Assembly (NCBI GenBank): GCA_021790255.1
Contig: JAJYIE010000002.1
Span: forward strand, 413 to 64,412
DNA: 64,000 bases
Origin: a bacterium
GTDB taxonomy: Bacteria > Patescibacteriota > Microgenomatia > Daviesbacterales > UBA10151
Reading direction: 5' to 3'
Below, in pieces: positions 62,187 to 64,000 of the stretch (position 1 is the first letter of the stretch; each line of letters begins with the position of its first letter). The position numbers were made by a program, and so were the translations under genes. The notes beneath the pieces were generated by a model, which made no database searches, had not been told where the DNA came from, and saw only the letters and a list, made by a program, of their open reading frames with translations.

Positions 62187-63941
62187 TTAGGCTTTTTTCT
62201 CCTTAATCTCCTCTGTTATTTTACTAATAAACTTGTCGATTGTCATTACGCCTAAATCATCTCCGGCTCGTGTCCGTACGGTTACTTGCCCGGCTTCCTG
62301 TTCCCTTCCGCCGATGATTAACATGTAAGGGACTTTTTGCATCTGGGCGTCGCGGATTTTAGCTTGCATCTTCTCCGACCGGTCGTCAAGTTCTGCCCGG
62401 ATGCCTACAGACAATAATTGTTCGAATACTTTTTGGCTATATTCATTCTGGCGATCGGTAATGGGTATAATTTGCACCTGAACCGGGGAAAGCCAGGCCG
62501 GCAAAGCCCCAGCATAGTGTTCCAACAAAAAAGCCATTGTTCGCTCAAATGCCCCAATTGAAGAACGATGAATAACTATTGGTTCTTTTTCCTTGCCGTC
62601 TTTATCAATGTATTTGAGGTCAAAGCGTTTGGGCATGACAAAATCGTATTGGATCGTGAATGCTGTTTCTTCCTTACCGCTGACAGTTTTTACTTGGATG
62701 TCGATCTTTGGGCCGTAAAAAGCTGCTTCTCCTCCTGCTTCAGAAAATGGCTGTTTGGTTTCAGTTAAAACCCCTCGCAGTACATTTTCGGCATAATCCC
62801 AGGCAGCATCATCTTGATAGTATTTTTTCTCATCCGACCTGTCTCCTAAAGAAAGCCGGTAGCGGTAATCTTCTCTCTTCTTAAGCCCTAAAGCTTTATT
62901 GACATAATCAATTAAGTCCAGCACATCTTTAATAACACCCTTAGCCTGCTCGGGAGCAGCAACAATGTGAGCATCGGCCAGACAAAAAGTCCGTACCCGG
63001 CTTAAACCGGTCAGTTCACCACTTTTTTCATAACGGAATTGAGAGGCAAGTTCGGCTATTTTTAACGGCAAATCTTTATAACTTCTCGTTTGAGACTTAT
63101 AGATCATAAAATGATGAGGGCAAGTCATCGGGCGTAATATAAGCTCCTCTTCGTCGATTTTCATTGGAGGATACATGGTATCTTTGTAATAAGGATAATG
63201 GCCGGACGTACGGTAAAGATCGACTTTGGCCAAATGTGGAGTGACGACATGCTGGTAACCTCTTCTTATTTCTTCATCCACAACGAACCGCTCCAACTCT
63301 CTTCTGATAGTTGCTCCTTTAGCAGTCAGCAGCGGCAAGCCCTTTCCTACTAGGTCGGAGAAAACAAACAGTCCTAAGTCCTGGCCAATTCGTCGGTGGT
63401 CTCTTTTCTTGGCTTCCTCCAGCATATTCAGATAGTTATCCAACTCTTCTTGAGTTGAGAAGGCTGTACCGTAGATTCTGGTGAGCATTTTGTTTTTTTC
63501 ATCTCCCCGCCAATAAGCGCCGGCTAAAGAAAGCAGTTTGAAAGCTTTGATTTCCTGGTTTGGTTTTTCCAGATGGCCGCCGCGGCAAAGGTCTTCGAAA
63601 TTACCGGTTTTGTATAAAGTGATAGGCTGATTGTCTTTTTCCAGATCATTGATTAGCTCCAGCTTGTATGGGTTGTCGGCGAAGATTTTTCTGGCCTCGT
63701 CAGCGGAAATTTCCCGTTTTTCTGCTTTATCCCACGATCTTACCAGCTCCCCCATTTTGGCTTCAATTTTGGGCAACTCTTCTTCTGAAATGGTTTTGTT
63801 TAACTCAATGTCGTAATAAAAGCCATTCTCAATCACCGGCCCGATAGTGGGTTTGGCGCCGGGGAAAAGTTCTACCACGGCAGCGGCCAAAAGATGGGCA
63901 GTGGTATGTCTTAGATTGTTTAATTGTTCCTGGTTGTCCAT
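62187..63941 (-). CDS. thrS: Threonyl-tRNA synthetase lacking the N-terminal TGS domain
   Basis: Editing-domain start HTTAHLLAAAV...GPVIENGFYYD, class II core, and a C-terminal anticodon-binding domain. 584 aa. Confidence 0.9.
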   Translation of the reverse strand: MDNQEQLNNLRHTTAHLLAAAVVELFPGAKPTIGPVIENGFYYDIELNKTISEEELPKIEAKMGELVRSWDKAEKREISADEARKIFADNPYKLELINDLEKDNQPITLYKTGNFEDLCRGGHLEKPNQEIKAFKLLSLAGAYWRGDEKNKMLTRIYGTAFSTQEELDNYLNMLEEAKKRDHRRIGQDLGLFVFSDLVGKGLPLLTAKGATIRRELERFVVDEEIRRGYQHVVTPHLAKVDLYRTSGHYPYYKDTMYPPMKIDEEELILRPMTCPHHFMIYKSQTRSYKDLPLKIAELASQFRYEKSGELTGLSRVRTFCLADAHIVAAPEQAKGVIKDVLDLIDYVNKALGLKKREDYRYRLSLGDRSDEKKYYQDDAAWDYAENVLRGVLTETKQPFSEAGGEAAFYGPKIDIQVKTVSGKEETAFTIQYDFVMPKRFDLKYIDKDGKEKEPIVIHRSSIGAFERTMAFLLEHYAGALPAWLSPVQVQIIPITDRQNEYSQKVFEQLLSVGIRAELDDRSEKMQAKIRDAQMQKVPYMLIIGGREQEAGQVTVRTRAGDDLGVMTIDKFISKITEEIKEKKA

Positions 63942-64000
63942 AAAAAATCCCCTCCTCCTTCGACTGCCTCAGGATTCAGGGACCCGGTTTCAGGTGGTTC

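Overview
This window is a gene-dense chromosomal segment, mostly housekeeping, from what looks like a reduced-genome bacterium. I infer a monoderm or CPR/Patescibacteria-like cell type from several features: pilM/N/O are present but no secretin, many enzymes have lost their N-terminal domains (thrS, pheT, holB, atpH), and several enzymes are of archaeal type. No rRNA, CRISPR array, IS element or transposase was found.

Gene content, in order:
- Cell-wall genes: murD, murC, a VanX/M15 D-Ala-D-Ala dipeptidase, an NlpC/P60 peptidase, then gyrB and holB.
- A 15-kb type IV pilus locus: pilB, pilT, pilC, a major pilin, pilD, about ten further prepilin-like genes including a 602-aa PilX-N/beta-helix protein, then pilM, pilN, pilO.
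- trmD, a KH-domain protein, rpsP, rnc, an ACP-like gene, nusB, rpmF, recG.
- A degenerate low-density patch, then an archaeal-type TyrRS, an ABC exporter, alpha-glucan phosphorylase, and a PGM/PMM.
- An F1Fo ATP synthase operon (atpB, E, F, H, A, then an embedded unknown gene, then G, D) with atpC displaced 1.6 kb downstream.
- A cupin-type archaeal PGI, dus, a standalone FtsH peptidase-domain protein, a PlsC-like acyltransferase, and a phosphodiester-glycosidase-domain protein.
- One tRNA-Tyr(GUA) with its own promoter and terminator, then PBP1A.
- The conserved thrS-infC-rpmI-rplT / pheS-pheT cluster.

The strongest leads are these:
1. An uncharacterised 275-aa gene is translationally coupled inside the ATP synthase operon, between atpA and atpG.
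2. An archaeal/eukaryal-type TyrRS co-occurs with a tRNA-Tyr that carries the matching archaeal identity set (C1:G72, A73, short variable loop).
3. The pilus locus has an unusually large prepilin repertoire, a giant tip-like protein, and no secretin.
4. infC appears to use a non-AUG (AUA or AUU) start behind a strong SD.
5. An ACP homolog lacks the phosphopantetheine-attachment serine and sits in acpP-rnc synteny with all fab genes gone.

Everything here is read from the sequence by eye. No database searches or structure predictions were run.
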